From an uncultured Alphaproteobacteria bacterium (GTDB lineage: Bacteria > Pseudomonadota > Alphaproteobacteria > Rhizobiales > Methyloligellaceae), in the NCBI GenBank assembly GCA_963825655.1, contig CAWGTS010000002.1, positions 144,549-208,548 on the forward strand: a DNA stretch of 64,000 nt, written 5' to 3'. The notes under the pieces were generated by a model. The model saw only the letters and a list, made by a program, of their open reading frames with translations. It was not told where the DNA came from and did not search any database. Position 1 is the stretch's first letter. Each line of letters begins with the position of its first letter. Shown here piece by piece: positions 18,350 through 29,988 of the stretch. The position numbers were made by a program, and so were the translations under genes.

Positions 18350-19330
18350 ATGAGTAGAACGAGCCCAATCCCGCCGCGCGCACTCGTCGCCGATATCGGC
18401 GGGACCTACGCGCGCTTCGCCGTGGCCGATCTCGTCACGCTCGAAGTCTCGGCCGTCCGCCGCTTCCGCAACGCCGATCATGCGAGCCTCGCGGAAGCCA
18501 TACGCTTTTATCTCGAGGACGTGGGCGAGGAGGTGGCGCATGCGGGCATCGCCGTGGCCGCACCGCTGCTGGAGGACACGGTCCAGCTCACCAACGCGCC
18601 GTGGTCTTTTTCGCAAAGCGCGCTCGCCGGCGAGGCGGGGCTCGACGTGATTCATTTGTTCAATGACTTCGAAGCCTTGTCCTTGTCCTTGCCGTATCTG
18701 GCCGAGGTCGAGCTGCATCAGATCGGCGGCGGGGCGCCGGTTGAGCACGGTCCCAAGGTCGTGCTCGGGCCGGGGACCGGTCTCGGTGTTGCCGGGCTCG
18801 TCTGGTCGCCGATGGGCTGGGTGCCGGTGTCGAGCGAGGGCGGCCACGCCACCCTCGGCGCGGAGACCGAGGCCGAGCTTGCGCTCGTCGAGCGTCTGCG
18901 AAAGGGACGCGAGCGCCTCTCGGTGGAGCGCGCCCTGTCGGGTCCGGGGCTGACGGCGTTGCACCAGGCCATTGCCGCCTCGCGCGGGCATAGCGAAGAG
19001 GTGTTGGAGCCGGTCGAGGTGGAGCGGCGGGCGCTGAGCGGCGAGGATGAGATCGCCGAAGAAGCACTTGATATCTTTACCACTTGGCTCGGCCGTTTCG
19101 CCGGCGACGTGGCGCTGGTGTTCGGCGCGCGGGGCGGCGTCTATCTCGGCGGTGGCATCGCGCCCAAGCTCCTGCGCCGCCTGACCCAAGGGGATTTCCG
19201 CGAGGCCTTCGAGCACAAGGGCCGCATGAAGGAGTTCGTCGCCCCCATCCCGGTCTATGTCATCCTGGCGGAGTTCCCGGCCCTGAAGGGTGCCGCCGTG
19301 GGCTTGCGGGCGAAGCTCGCCAACGCCTGA
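18350..19330 (+). CDS. glk: Glucokinase
   Basis: ADIGGTYARF; NDFEA; GPGTGLG; EGGH; GGVYLGGGIAPK. Confidence 0.93.
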   Translation: MSRTSPIPPRALVADIGGTYARFAVADLVTLEVSAVRRFRNADHASLAEAIRFYLEDVGEEVAHAGIAVAAPLLEDTVQLTNAPWSFSQSALAGEAGLDVIHLFNDFEALSLSLPYLAEVELHQIGGGAPVEHGPKVVLGPGTGLGVAGLVWSPMGWVPVSSEGGHATLGAETEAELALVERLRKGRERLSVERALSGPGLTALHQAIAASRGHSEEVLEPVEVERRALSGEDEIAEEALDIFTTWLGRFAGDVALVFGARGGVYLGGGIAPKLLRRLTQGDFREAFEHKGRMKEFVAPIPVYVILAEFPALKGAAVGLRAKLANA

Positions 19331-19341
19331 CAAGAAACTAT

Positions 19342-20220
19342 TCAGCCCACGGCCGTCGCGACCGCGCGGGCCACGTCGGCGATGGCCGTGTTCTGCGCCT
19401 CCGGGCTGGCATCCGACTCCGCCAGATAGACCGCGATCAGAACGGGCTTCCCGCTCGGTGGCCAGGCGATGCCCACATCGTTCGCCGTCCGCACGTTACA
19501 GGTCCCCGTCTTGTCGCCGACCCGCTAGTTCTCCGGCAGGCTTGCGCGCAAGCGGGCGTCGCCCGTCTCGTTGCCGATCAGCCACGCCGTGAGCTTGTTG
19601 CGCGACGCGCGGCTCAGCGCATCGCCGATGAGCACCGCGTCGAGATCGGCGATCATCACCAGCGGCGTCGTCGTGTCGCGCGGGTCGCCCGGCGCGGCCT
19701 CGTTCAAGGCGGGCTCGATGCGGTCGAGGTGCGTCACGCCATCTCCCAGCGAACGGACATAAGCGTTGAAGCCCTCCGGTCCGCCGAGCGCAGCCAGCAT
19801 GAGATTGCCTGCCGTGTTGTCGCTCAAGGTGATCGCCGCTTCGCAAATTTGCTCGAGCGGCATGGTCTCTCCCACATGCTTCTCGGTCGCCGGCGAATAG
19901 GTGACGATCTCCTCGGCCCGTATCGGCACCTTCCGCTTGAGCGTCTCATTACCTTGATCGACCCGCGCGAGGATCGCGGCGCCCGCAAGCCATTTGAATG
20001 TGCTGCACAGGGGGAAGCGTTCGTCACCGCGCCATGCCGCCTTCAGTCCCGAGCCTGTGTCGTACGCCGCCACGCCGAGACGCCCGCCGGCCTTCGCTTC
20101 GATCGCCGCGAAGGTCTGCTCCAAGGATTTAGCTGGTGTGGCGGCCCGGGCCGGTGGCACGACAGCGCATGCCAGCAAAGCGGCGGGCGCGCCCGCGAGA
20201 AGTCGGCGCCGCGTGATCAT
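19342..20220 (-). pseudogene. Class A beta-lactamase with in-frame TAG before the KTG motif
   Basis: Tat-like RRR leader; STFK, SDN and E166 region intact; TAG at 19525-19527, then the same frame continues RVGDKTG...to TGA at 19342. Confidence 0.88.
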
Positions 20221-20279
20221 GGCGCTGTCTTTACGGACGGGAAGGGGCGGAATTTGGGCTCGGGAAGACGAGCGGCCGG

Positions 20280-20753
20280 CTATTTGAACTCGACCTTGAC
20301 GATCTCGTAGGATTTGCCGCCGCCGGGCGTCGAGACCTCGACCACGTCCTTCTTGCGCTTGCCGAGCAGGGCGCGCGCGATCGGTGAGGTGATGGAGATC
20401 TTGCCGTCCTTCACGGATGCCTCGGTCTCGCCGACGATGCGGTACTTGACCTTGTCGTCGGTGTCCTCGTCGACCAGGGTAACCGTCGCGCCGAACATGA
20501 CCTGGTCGCCCTTGAGCTTGGAGACGTCGATGATGTCGGCGCGCGACAGCTTGTCCTCGAGGTCGGCCATGCGCGCCTCGGTGAGGCCTTGCAGGTCCTT
20601 CGCCGCGTGATATTCGGCGTTCTCCGAGAGGTCGCCGTGCGCGCGGGCCTCCGCGATCAACTTGATGATGCGCGGCCGCTCGACGGTCTTGAGATGCTTG
20701 ATCTCAGCCTCAAGCGCGGTAAAGCCTTCCGCGGTCATCGGTACCTTTTCCAT
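20280..20753 (-). CDS. greA: Transcription elongation factor GreA
   Basis: [28 protein letters not shown]. Confidence 0.96.
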   Translation of the reverse strand: MEKVPMTAEGFTALEAEIKHLKTVERPRIIKLIAEARAHGDLSENAEYHAAKDLQGLTEARMADLEDKLSRADIIDVSKLKGDQVMFGATVTLVDEDTDDKVKYRIVGETEASVKDGKISITSPIARALLGKRKKDVVEVSTPGGGKSYEIVKVEFK

Positions 20754-20845
20754 GTCAGTCAAAGCTCCTTCGGGGGGTCCCCTTGGCAATACTGTCAAGG
20801 AATAGACCCGTCCAAGTCAAGAATCTGTTGATTTTGACCGGTTGC

Positions 20846-23800
20846 CTAAGCCATCTCGGCGAACTCTGCGGAGCCTTTGCCGATATAGCTTTGCAGGGGG
20901 GCGACGGTCAGGCTGCCTTCCCGGAGGGCCTTGATGGCCTCGGTGGCGGCCAGGGCGCCAGCGAGTGTTGTATAATAGGGAATGTGGTTGATCAAGGCCG
21001 ACCGCCGGATCGACATGGAGTCGGCCAGCGCCTTGGCGCCCTCGGTCGTGTTGAACACGATATCGATCTCGCCATTGGTAATGGCGTCGACGATATGAGG
21101 GCGGCCTTCCAGCACCTTGTTGACCCGCTCGCACGGGATACCGTTTGCGTCGAGATGGCGCTTGGTGCCGCGGGTGGCGACGATGCGGAAGCCCATGTCC
21201 ACGAGCTTGCGCACCGGCGCCAACAGCCGGTCCTTGTCCGAATCCTTCACCGAGACGAAAACCGTGCCGGAGAGCGGCAGCTTGGTGCCGCCGCCGAGCT
21301 GGCTCTTGGCGAAGGCGACCGCATAGTCCCGGTCGATGCCCATGACCTCGCCGGTCGAGCGCATCTCCGGACCGAGCACCGGGTCGACGCCCGGGAAGCG
21401 CGCGAAGGGGAACACCGCTTCCTTCACCGCGATATGGTTGAGCTGCGGCCGCTTCAAGCCGAACGCGGCGAGCGGCTTTCCGGCCATGACCCGCGAAGCG
21501 ATGCCGGCGATGGGCAGGCCGATCACTTTGGCGACGAACGGCACCGTGCGCGAGGCGCGCGGATTGACCTCGAGTATATAGATGTCGTCGTTCTGGATGG
21601 CGAACTGCACATTCATGAGCCCGATCACGTTGAGGGCGCGGGCAAGCTCGATCGACTGACGCTCGAGATCGGCGATGATTTCCGGCTTCAGCGAATGCGG
21701 CGGGAGCGAGCAGGCAGAGTCGCCGGAATGCACGCCCGCCTCCTCGATATGCTCCATCACGCCGCAGACGAACACGTCCGTTCCGTCGGCGAGCGCATCC
21801 ACGTCCACCTCGATGGCGTCGCGCAAATACGAATCGAGCAGCACCGGACTCTTGCCCGACACCACCACGGCCTCCGTCATGTAGCGGGCAAGCTGGATCT
21901 CGTCGTGCACGATCTCCATGGCCCGGCCGCCCAGCACGTAAGACGGACGGATGACCACGGGGAACCCGATGTCCTTGGCGATGGCGACGGCCTCGTCCGC
22001 GGAACGCGCGATGCCGTTATGCGGCTGCTTGAGACCGAGCCGGTCGATCAGCGCCTTGAAGCGGTCGCGGTCTTCCGCGAGATCGATGGCGTCGGGCGAG
22101 GTGCCGAGGATCGGCACCTTGGCGTGCTCGAGCGCCGCGGCGAGCTTGAGCGGCGTCTGGCCGCCGAACTGCACGATCACGCCTCGTAGCGTGCCGGCCT
22201 CTTGCTCCTTGCGCACGATCTCCAGCACGTCTTCTTCCGTCAGGGGCTCGAAATAGAGCCGGTCGGACGTGTCGTAGTCGGTGGAGACGGTTTCGGGATT
22301 GCAATTGACCATGATGGTCTCGAAGCCTGCGGCCGACAGCGAGAACGCCGCGTGACAGCAGCAATAGTCGAACTCGATGCCTTGGCCGATGCGGTTCGGG
22401 CCGCCGCCGAGGATAATGATCTTGTCCGCGCCGGAGGGCCGCGCCTCGCACGCTTCGCCGCCAGGAAAGCCCGTCTCGTAGGTGGAATACATATACGCGG
22501 TGGGCGAGGCGAACTCGGCCGCGCAGGTGTCGATGCGTTTGAAGACCGGATGCACGTCGAGATCGCGCCGCCGCTTTGCGACCTCGGCCGGCTCGAGCTT
22601 GGCCAAGGTCGCCAGCCGCTCGTCCGAGAAGCCTTGTCGCTTCAGCGCCCGGAACTGCGAGGCCGTCGTCGGCAGGCTGTGCTGGCGAACCCGCAGCTCC
22701 GCGTCGATGATGTCCTGGATCTGGCGGATGAACCACGGATCGATACGGCAGCTGTCGTAGATCTGCTCGTGGCTGAAGCCGAGCCGTAAGGCTTGCGCGA
22801 CTTTCAGCAGCCGGTCCGGCGTTGGCGTGCCGAGCGCCTCGCGGATCACGTTCTTGTCGTCGCCTTGGCCGAGCCCCGCGAACTGGAAGTCATCGAGACC
22901 CGTCAAGCCGGTCTCCATGGAGCGGAGCGCCTTTTGCAGCGACTCTTGGAAGGTCCGGCCGATGGCCATGGCTTCGCCCACCGATTTCATCGACGTGGTC
23001 AAGGTCGGCGCGCTTCCTGCGAACTTCTCGAAAGCGAAGCGCGGGATCTTGGTCACCACGTAATCGATGGTCGGCTCGAAGCTCGCGGGCGTCGCACCGC
23101 CGGTGATGTCGTTGGAAAGCTCGTCCAGCGTATAGCCGACGGCGAGCTTGGCGGCGATTTTGGCGATGGGGAAGCCGGTCGCCTTCGAAGCAAGCGCCGA
23201 GGAGCGCGACACGCGCGGGTTCATCTCGATGATGATGAGCCGTCCGTCGTCCGGGTTGACCGCGAACTGCACGTTTGAGCCGCCGGTCTCAACGCCGATC
23301 TCGCGTAAGACCGCGATCGAGGCGTTGCGCATGATCTGATATTCTTTGTCGGTCAGCGTGAGCGCCGGCGCCACGGTAATGGAGTCGCCGGTATGCACGC
23401 CCATCGGGTCGATGTTCTCGATGGAGCAGATGATGATGCAGTTGTCGTCCTTGTCCCGGACGACCTCCATCTCATATTCCTTCCAGCCGATCACCGATTC
23501 CTCGATCAGCACCTCGCAGGTGGGTGAGGCGTCGAGTCCCCGCTCGATGATCTCGAGGAACTCCTCGCGGTTGTAAGCGATGCCGCCGCCGGTGCCGCCG
23601 AGCGTGAAAGAGGGGCGGATGATCGCGGGCAGGCCGATGTCCTGCAGCGCTTCGAGCGCCTCGATCAGGCCCTTCTCCACGTAGCGTCTGCGCCGCTCGC
23701 TTTCATGCCGGGCCCAATCGGCCTCGAACTCGAGCATCGCCTTGGCGCGGGCCTCCGGCTCCGGGTTCTCCGCCTCGATGCGCGCGATCTCCGCCTTATA

Positions 23801-24283
23801 GGTCTTCCGGTCGGCACGCTTGAGTGAGGCGGCGTCGGCGAGCCGCGAGCGTGGCGTCTCGAGCCCGATCTTCTCCATCGCCTCGCGGAACAGCTCCCGG
23901 TCTTCCGCCTTGTCGATCACCTCGGCGCGGGCGCCGATCATCTCCACCCCGAACTCTTTCAGCACGCCCGAGCGGTCGAGGCTCAGCGCGGTGTTGAGGG
24001 CCGTCTGCCCGCCCATGGTCGGCAGCAGCGCGTCGGGCCGTTCTCTCTCGATGATCTTGGCGACGACCTCCGGCGTGATCGGCTCGATATAGGTGGCATC
24101 GGCCAGCTCCGGGTCCGTCATGATCGTGGCCGGGTTCGAGTTCACCAGCACGATCCGGTAGCCCTCTTCTTTCAGGGCCTTGCAGGCTTGGGTGCCGGAA
24201 TAGTCGAACTCGCAGGCCTGGCCGATCACGATCGGCCCGGCCCCGATGATCAGGATGGACTTTATGTCTTCGCGTTTGGGCAT
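20846..24283 (-). CDS. carB: Carbamoyl-phosphate synthase large subunit
   Basis: [30 protein letters not shown]; duplicated ATP-grasp domains; MGS-like C-terminus. Confidence 0.98.
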   Translation of the reverse strand: MPKREDIKSILIIGAGPIVIGQACEFDYSGTQACKALKEEGYRIVLVNSNPATIMTDPELADATYIEPITPEVVAKIIERERPDALLPTMGGQTALNTALSLDRSGVLKEFGVEMIGARAEVIDKAEDRELFREAMEKIGLETPRSRLADAASLKRADRKTYKAEIARIEAENPEPEARAKAMLEFEADWARHESERRRRYVEKGLIEALEALQDIGLPAIIRPSFTLGGTGGGIAYNREEFLEIIERGLDASPTCEVLIEESVIGWKEYEMEVVRDKDDNCIIICSIENIDPMGVHTGDSITVAPALTLTDKEYQIMRNASIAVLREIGVETGGSNVQFAVNPDDGRLIIIEMNPRVSRSSALASKATGFPIAKIAAKLAVGYTLDELSNDITGGATPASFEPTIDYVVTKIPRFAFEKFAGSAPTLTTSMKSVGEAMAIGRTFQESLQKALRSMETGLTGLDDFQFAGLGQGDDKNVIREALGTPTPDRLLKVAQALRLGFSHEQIYDSCRIDPWFIRQIQDIIDAELRVRQHSLPTTASQFRALKRQGFSDERLATLAKLEPAEVAKRRRDLDVHPVFKRIDTCAAEFASPTAYMYSTYETGFPGGEACEARPSGADKIIILGGGPNRIGQGIEFDYCCCHAAFSLSAAGFETIMVNCNPETVSTDYDTSDRLYFEPLTEEDVLEIVRKEQEAGTLRGVIVQFGGQTPLKLAAALEHAKVPILGTSPDAIDLAEDRDRFKALIDRLGLKQPHNGIARSADEAVAIAKDIGFPVVIRPSYVLGGRAMEIVHDEIQLARYMTEAVVVSGKSPVLLDSYLRDAIEVDVDALADGTDVFVCGVMEHIEEAGVHSGDSACSLPPHSLKPEIIADLERQSIELARALNVIGLMNVQFAIQNDDIYILEVNPRASRTVPFVAKVIGLPIAGIASRVMAGKPLAAFGLKRPQLNHIAVKEAVFPFARFPGVDPVLGPEMRSTGEVMGIDRDYAVAFAKSQLGGGTKLPLSGTVFVSVKDSDKDRLLAPVRKLVDMGFRIVATRGTKRHLDANGIPCERVNKVLEGRPHIVDAITNGEIDIVFNTTEGAKALADSMSIRRSALINHIPYYTTLAGALAATEAIKALREGSLTVAPLQSYIGKGSAEFAEMA

Positions 24284-24463
24284 TTAGGCTGACTCGGGCC
24301 CCGGCTTTGTGGATGGAAAGGCGGGGGCCGCGGAGGTCTTAGACCAGATTCCGCGGCGAGGGAAGCAAAGCAGGCCCGGACCAGGCCGGAAAACCCGCAT
24401 TTTTTCGCAACTTTGTGGCCCACGGTGAGTTTCCTTTCAAACCCCGCATGTAAACCTCACCCG

Positions 24464-25687
24464 ATGGCAGCCCAACCACGCGCAAACACGCCCCTTTGGC
24501 TCGACCTGTTGATCGCATCCGGCGCGATCGGCGGGGCCTATGCGCTCGACCGCTACGTGCTTCCGTCGTCGCGCGTGCCGCGCCACAACGCCACGGACGG
24601 GAGAGACCGGCCAGTCGATTCCGGCGATGCGGCTCCCAAGCCCGCCGAGGCCCCGGACGAGTCTCCTGACACAGAGTCGGGGGCTATGGCGATGCGGCCG
24701 TCGCAGGAGCCGGGGCATGTTCAGCAGGCCCGCGCCTACGACAAGGGCCGCGGCCGGCGCGCGACAGGTCCGCACAAGATCCCGGCCAAGGGCTGGATGG
24801 ATGTCGGGTATCGCGTCTTCACGCAAATCAGCGAGGATAGGCTGCTCGCCGTGGCCGCAGGCGTCGTCTTCTATATGTTGCTCGCGCTTTTTCCCGCCGT
24901 GACCGCGCTGGTCTCGCTTTACGGTCTTTATAGCGACCCCGTCACCATCAACAATCAGCTGTCTCTCTTGTCAGGCGTCATGCCCGCGTCCGGCATCGAG
25001 ATCGTGCGCGAGCAGGTGACCCGCATCGCCGAGACGAGCAGCAGCTCGCTCAGCTTCGGCTTTGTCTTCGGTCTCGGTCTTGCTCTTTGGAGTGCGAACG
25101 CCGGCATGAAGGCGATCATCGACTCTCTCAACGTCGTCTATGACGAGCGGGAGAAGCGCGGCTTCGTGCATCTCACTCTCGTCGCCTTCGCCTTCACCGT
25201 CGGCGCGCTTGTCTGTGTGCTCCTCGCGCTTTCCGCCATCGTGGTGCTGCCGCTGGTGCTCGCCTGGGTCGGCCTCGATACGCAAATGGGCGTGATCTTG
25301 TCATGGCTCCGCTGGCCGGCGCTGTTGCTGGTCGTGCTGATCGCGCTCTCGGTGCTCTATCGTTACGGGCCAAGCCGTGCCAAGGCGCGCTGGCGTTGGC
25401 TCAGTGTCGGCGCGGTCTTCGCCACCGTCGCCTGGCTCTTGGGCTCCGCGTTGTTCTCCTGGTATCTGTCGAACTTCGCCAACTACGATGCGACCTATGG
25501 CTCTCTCGGCGCAGGCATCGGCTTGATGATGTGGCTGTGGATGAGCGTGATCGTCATCCTGGTGGGCGGCGAGCTCAACGCGGAGCTCGAGCATCAGACC
25601 GCGGAAGACACCACCGCGCCGCCGCAACAGCCGCTCGGCCAGCGCGGCGCGACCATGGCCGACGCGGTCGGCAAAGCCTGGCGCTAA
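24464..25687 (+). CDS. YihY/BrkB family inner membrane protein
   Basis: [31 protein letters not shown]; multiple TM helices; start uncertain. Confidence 0.85.
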   Translation: MAAQPRANTPLWLDLLIASGAIGGAYALDRYVLPSSRVPRHNATDGRDRPVDSGDAAPKPAEAPDESPDTESGAMAMRPSQEPGHVQQARAYDKGRGRRATGPHKIPAKGWMDVGYRVFTQISEDRLLAVAAGVVFYMLLALFPAVTALVSLYGLYSDPVTINNQLSLLSGVMPASGIEIVREQVTRIAETSSSSLSFGFVFGLGLALWSANAGMKAIIDSLNVVYDEREKRGFVHLTLVAFAFTVGALVCVLLALSAIVVLPLVLAWVGLDTQMGVILSWLRWPALLLVVLIALSVLYRYGPSRAKARWRWLSVGAVFATVAWLLGSALFSWYLSNFANYDATYGSLGAGIGLMMWLWMSVIVILVGGELNAELEHQTAEDTTAPPQQPLGQRGATMADAVGKAWR

Positions 25688-26922
25688 GCCTTCTTTTTGG
25701 CCTCTTCCATCAGCGCCACGAAGCGCGTGAAGAGATAATGGCTGTCTTGCGGGCCCGGTGACGCCTCCGGGTGGTATTGCACCGAGAACACCGGCTTGCC
25801 CTTGAGCTTCAGCCCGGCGTTCGAGCCGTCGAACAGCGAGACGTGCGTCTCCTCGACCGTCTCGGGCAGGCTTTCGCGCTCCACCGCGAAGCCGTGATTC
25901 ATCGAGGTGATCTCCACCTTATGCGTGGTGAAGTCCTTCACCGGATGGTTCGCGCCGTGATGGCCTTGATGCATCTTGCTCGTCGTGCCGCCGAGCGCGA
26001 GGCCGAGCATCTGATGGCCGAGACAGATGCCGAAGGTCGGCAGGCCGGACTCCACCAGCTTCTTGATCTCCGGCACCGCATATTCGCCGGTTGCCGCCGG
26101 ATCGCCGGGACCGTTGGAGATGAACACGCCGTCGGGGTTGCGCTCCAGGATCTCTTGCGCCGACGTGGCCGCCGGCACCACCGTCACCTTGCAGCCGGCT
26201 TGCGCCAATTCGCGCAGGATATTGCGCTTCAGCCCGAAGTCGATGGCGACCACATGGAAGCGTGGGGCCTCTTGGCGGCCGTACCCCTTGCCCCATTCCC
26301 AGGGTGTCTCGTCCCAGCTGTAGCTCTGCAAGCACGTGACGTCCTTGGCGAGGTCGAGCCCGACCATGCCCGGCCAGCCGGCCGCCTCGCGCTTCAAGGC
26401 ATCCACATCGAATTGACCGTCGGCGGCGTGCGCGATGACGGCCTGCGGCATGCCTTTGTCGCGGATCAGGGCGGTGAGCGCGCGCGTGTCGACGCCGGTG
26501 ATGGCGATGATGCCGCGCGCCTTCAGCCAGGCGTCGAAGTCTTGGCTCGCGCGCCAGTTCGACGGCGCGGTGATGGGCGCGCGCAGGACGCAGCCCTGCA
26601 CGCCGGACGAGGCGGCAAGGTTCGATGTCTCGATGTCCTCGATATTCGTGCCGACATTGCCGACATGCGGGAAGGTGAAGGTGATGATCTGCCCCGTGTA
26701 GGACGGGTCGGTCAGGATCTCCTGATAGCCGGTCATCGCTGTGTTGAAGCAGACCTCGCCCACGGCGGTGCCCGTGGCGCCCGCGCCTTGGCCTTCGATC
26801 ACCGTACCGTCGGCCAGCACGAGCACCGCCGTGGGCGTCTCGTCGGCCCAAGGCGGCATGGTCCGCGCGCGCGAAGTGGTGGCCCCCGTGGCCGGAGTGT
26901 CGGGTTCGTCGGTCATCGGCAA
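25684..26922 (-). CDS. carA: Carbamoyl-phosphate synthase small subunit
   Basis: [32 protein letters not shown]; start may be 26916. Confidence 0.97.
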   Translation of the reverse strand: MPMTDEPDTPATGATTSRARTMPPWADETPTAVLVLADGTVIEGQGAGATGTAVGEVCFNTAMTGYQEILTDPSYTGQIITFTFPHVGNVGTNIEDIETSNLAASSGVQGCVLRAPITAPSNWRASQDFDAWLKARGIIAITGVDTRALTALIRDKGMPQAVIAHAADGQFDVDALKREAAGWPGMVGLDLAKDVTCLQSYSWDETPWEWGKGYGRQEAPRFHVVAIDFGLKRNILRELAQAGCKVTVVPAATSAQEILERNPDGVFISNGPGDPAATGEYAVPEIKKLVESGLPTFGICLGHQMLGLALGGTTSKMHQGHHGANHPVKDFTTHKVEITSMNHGFAVERESLPETVEETHVSLFDGSNAGLKLKGKPVFSVQYHPEASPGPQDSHYLFTRFVALMEEAKKKA

Positions 26923-27164
26923 ACGATGGGCGGCCGTGCGTTATGCGGCCAAGGCCCGCTCTGTTCGGTCGGATCCGAGGGCCTGCGCGCCAGGCGACGC
27001 GCATCCTCTGGTCGCGCTATTTACGTCAGCTCGGTGACGCGGTCAATCCGCAAGAGCAAATATTTTCCTGTTAAAACAACATCTTAGGTTCGCAAATTCG
27101 CTTGCGCTGCCTCGCGCCCTCGATTAGGTTGGGAGCTTCCTTCCTGAACACCCTTAAAGACATC

Positions 27165-27614
27165 ATGCGCGAGACCATCACCGCCGCACTTCAAGCTGCG
27201 ACCAAGGCGCGTGATGCGCGCCGGCTCTCCACGCTGCGCCTGGTGAGCGCCGCCATCAAGGACCGCGACATCGCCGCGCGCACGGCCGGTAGCGGCCAAG
27301 CGACCGACGCCGAGCTGCTCGAGCTCCTCGCCAAGATGATCAAGCAGCGCGAGGAGTCGCAGAAGATCTATGCCGACGCCGGCCGCACCGAGCTCGCCCA
27401 ACAAGAAGGCGAGGAGGTCGCGATCATTCGCGAGTTTCTGCCTAAGCAGCTTTCAGATGAAGACATGACGAAAGCGATCGACGACGCGATCGCCGAGACG
27501 GGTGCGGAAGGCGTGCGCGACATGGGCAAGGTTATGGCCGTGCTCAAAAGCCGCTACGCCGGACAGATGGATTTCGGCAAAGCAAGCGGCGCCGTCAAAG
27601 CAAAGCTCGGTTAA
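27165..27614 (+). CDS. GatB/YqeY domain protein
   Basis: KMIKQREES..Y..AGR.ELA..E..E; DMGKVM. Confidence 0.9.
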   Translation: MRETITAALQAATKARDARRLSTLRLVSAAIKDRDIAARTAGSGQATDAELLELLAKMIKQREESQKIYADAGRTELAQQEGEEVAIIREFLPKQLSDEDMTKAIDDAIAETGAEGVRDMGKVMAVLKSRYAGQMDFGKASGAVKAKLG

Positions 27615-27841
27615 CGGCCCAGGCCTGCTGGACATCTTATGTGCGCGTTATGTGCGCGGCGCACATCATCCGTGCACAATCATCAAACTCAATCGAACTC
27701 TTCGGAGAACACGTGCGGCAGCCGGACACGCGGCAGTTTGTCGTTGCACTGCAACATAGATTTGTCGCGTTGCAACACTATGTTCGTTGCAATGCAGCAC
27801 GAAGCAATTCGTGCTGATCATCGTCAAATGGAGGCCTACCG

Positions 27842-28246
27842 ATGTTGCTGCGAACCCTGAAACTTCTTCCTATTGCTGCGGCGGTCGCGTTGACCGCGCT
27901 CGCCGTGACACAAACTGCAAACGCCGACGACGCGCGGGCCAATCTCGGCCCCGTGCGTCCGAACGAGCCGATCCTGGCGACGGTCGGCACCGCGCGCATG
28001 ATCGCGTACTACGAGCCCCAGCACGGCAAATGCGCGGTGAGCGCGGTCGTGTTCGATACATCGCCCAATGGCGGCGGCGAGGCTTCGACGCGCGTGCGTG
28101 TGGCGCTGCATCCCGGCGAGATCTTCAATCTCGATGTCGTCAAGGATGAGCGCGTGATGCTGACCTGCGGTCCCAACGCGGCCATGATGACCGTGCTCAA
28201 TCGCGGCGAGCTCCGGACCAACTCGGCCCGCAATATCGTCTACTAG
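27842..28246 (+). CDS. Secreted hypothetical protein
   Basis: Signal peptide (ANA site); two Cys; RBS GGAGG; followed by a terminator. Confidence 0.75.
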   Translation: MLLRTLKLLPIAAAVALTALAVTQTANADDARANLGPVRPNEPILATVGTARMIAYYEPQHGKCAVSAVVFDTSPNGGGEASTRVRVALHPGEIFNLDVVKDERVMLTCGPNAAMMTVLNRGELRTNSARNIVY

Positions 28247-28269
28247 CAGCCTTTGCTGCACAGGAGGCC

Positions 28270-28308
28270 AAGCCGGGTGGTGCGCAAGCGCCGCCCGGCT
28301 TTCTCTTT
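28270..28308. repeat. Terminator hairpin, copy 1 of a direct repeat
   Basis: AAGCCGGGTGGTGCGCAAGCGCCGCCCGGCTTT; near-identical to 28695. Confidence 0.8.
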
Positions 28309-28326
28309 GTCCTTGGAGCATTTTAG

Positions 28327-28665
28327 GCGCCGGCCGCGCCGGGCATCGCCTGCCAGCTCGCCGAGGTCTATGCCTGCACGCCTGCCGGCTGCCAGAAGGC
28401 CTCGGCCCAGGCGAATAATCTCCCGGCCGCCGTCGAGCTTAACGTCAAGGAGAAGAACCTGTTCTCTGGCCTGTTCGGCGGAGAGGGCATGCTGCACTCA
28501 GGCGACGTTTACGAGGACGAGAAGGTGCTCATCCTGCATGGCCGCAGAGCGCTCCAGACCTGGACCGCGGTGGTGGACAAAACCACGGGCTCATATTCCG
28601 GATCGGTCTCCCAGATCGGCAAGAGCTTCACCCAGTTCGGGACCTGCACGGGCATCACGCCCTAG
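28327..28665 (+). pseudogene. Remnant of a small secreted-protein gene lacking start codon and signal peptide
   Basis: 112 open codons after an in-frame TAG at 28324 (…GIACQLAEVYACTPAGC…LILHG…WTAVVDKTTG…FTQFGTCT…); first ATG only at 28489. Confidence 0.55.
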
Positions 28666-28694
28666 GTCCGAATTTGCAAGCGAGGCAATTGGTG

Positions 28695-28733
28695 AAGCCG
28701 GGTGGTGCGGAAGCGCTGCCCGGCTTTTCTTTT
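28695..28733. repeat. Terminator hairpin, copy 2
   Basis: AAGCCGGGTGGTGCGGAAGCGCTGCCCGGCTTT, 425 nt after copy 1. Confidence 0.8.
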
Positions 28734-28737
28734 GCGC

Positions 28738-28977
28738 TTAGAGCGGAGGCCGGGCGCGGCGCTTCACCAGGAAGTAGGCCGAGAAGGCGCCGATGGCGAG
28801 CAGCAGAATTCCGCCGGCCCAGGCGAGCGGCGTGCCGTACCAATAGATCAGGCAAATGCCGACAATGGGGGTGACGCTGGAGGCGACGATGTCGGAAATG
28901 TCGATATCGAGCAGCCACCACACCGCGATTGCGATGATGGCGAAGATCGCCAGCGCAATGACGAGAATAATGATCAT
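28738..28977 (-). CDS. Small membrane protein
   Basis: 79 aa, three hydrophobic segments, basic C-terminus. Confidence 0.6.
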   Translation of the reverse strand: MIIILVIALAIFAIIAIAVWWLLDIDISDIVASSVTPIVGICLIYWYGTPLAWAGGILLLAIGAFSAYFLVKRRARPPL

Positions 28978-29010
28978 CGTTCTGTCGGCTCTCCCTTCCG
29001 TTGGCGCTGT

Positions 29011-29784
29011 CTAGGCCTCACGAGGTTCGGGAACCAAGTCACGATAGGCGCGCCAACTTGTCAGCCCAAGCCATGGGAAGATGATAAAGAGGGCCAGGAA
29101 GCCTGTCGCGGCGGATAGCAGGATGAGAATCCCGATTATCGCGGCCCAGAGAGTCATGGGCCAGAAGTTCTCTATCACGGCCCGGACGCTCGTGGCGACC
29201 GCAGCCCAAACGCTCGTCTTCTGATCGAGCAACATGGGCGCGGAGACGACCACCAGACAATAGGTGAGATAGGCGATAGCGCCGCCCAACAGCGTGCCGG
29301 CTATGAGCATGTTGTGCCCGTCCTGAGTCCCGATGGCGTAGGCGACGAACTCCTCGGTCGTCCGGTGGAGGTGATAAGTCGACAAGCCATAGACGATCTG
29401 AGCGATACGCCCCCAGAATAGATAAATCAGGACCAGGAACAGGCCGAGATAGGCGATGTCCTGCCGGAGGGCTGAACGAACGAAGAGCATTTGCGCGAGC
29501 GTAGGCTTTTCGCCGCGCTCGATCAGCCGTCCGGCCTCGTAGAGTCCCATGGCCAGCATGGGAGCGATGAAAACGAAACCGATGGTCAACGACAGGACCC
29601 AGAACGCTGCGTCGGAGACGACGAGCGCATAGCACAACGCAAAGCTCAGCGCCGCCAGGATCAGCCCGTAGGCGAGGCAGGGCCCGGGCACCTTCCACAA
29701 ATCCCGCCAGCCGCCGCCCAGCCATCGGAACGGTGCCTTGGCACTAATGGTTGCGACGTCCGGTAGCCCGCCAGATGATGCCAT
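29011..29784 (-). CDS. DUF2189-like integral membrane protein
   Basis: APFRWLGGGWRDLW; GFVFIAPMLAMGLYE; FPWLGLTSWRAY. Confidence 0.8.
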   Translation of the reverse strand: MASSGGLPDVATISAKAPFRWLGGGWRDLWKVPGPCLAYGLILAALSFALCYALVVSDAAFWVLSLTIGFVFIAPMLAMGLYEAGRLIERGEKPTLAQMLFVRSALRQDIAYLGLFLVLIYLFWGRIAQIVYGLSTYHLHRTTEEFVAYAIGTQDGHNMLIAGTLLGGAIAYLTYCLVVVSAPMLLDQKTSVWAAVATSVRAVIENFWPMTLWAAIIGILILLSAATGFLALFIIFPWLGLTSWRAYRDLVPEPREA

Positions 29785-29988
29785 GGATTCCCCCCGTTTT
29801 TGGACGTTCTACCACAGCAGCCCGGAAGGCATCCGTTGGTCTCCTGACGAACATCAGAAGCCGGTGAGAGCCCGCTGGGGATGACAGTGGTATTCGAGCA
29901 GTTCCTAATTTGTTCGCATTCGGTGGATAATGGGTATGATCGGAAATCGGGTTCGCGCCATCCACCGCGAAGGGCCACTGTCCCTGAA

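Noticed and set aside
19525-19527. Pyrrolysine or programmed readthrough at the bla TAG
   Set aside because: No pyl genes seen; a TGG to TAG mutation is simpler
23640-23850. Insertion in CarB
   Set aside because: In frame; long CarB variants are usual in Hyphomicrobiales
24464-25687. YihY gene between carB and carA
   Set aside because: carA and carB are often separated in Alphaproteobacteria; ordinary family
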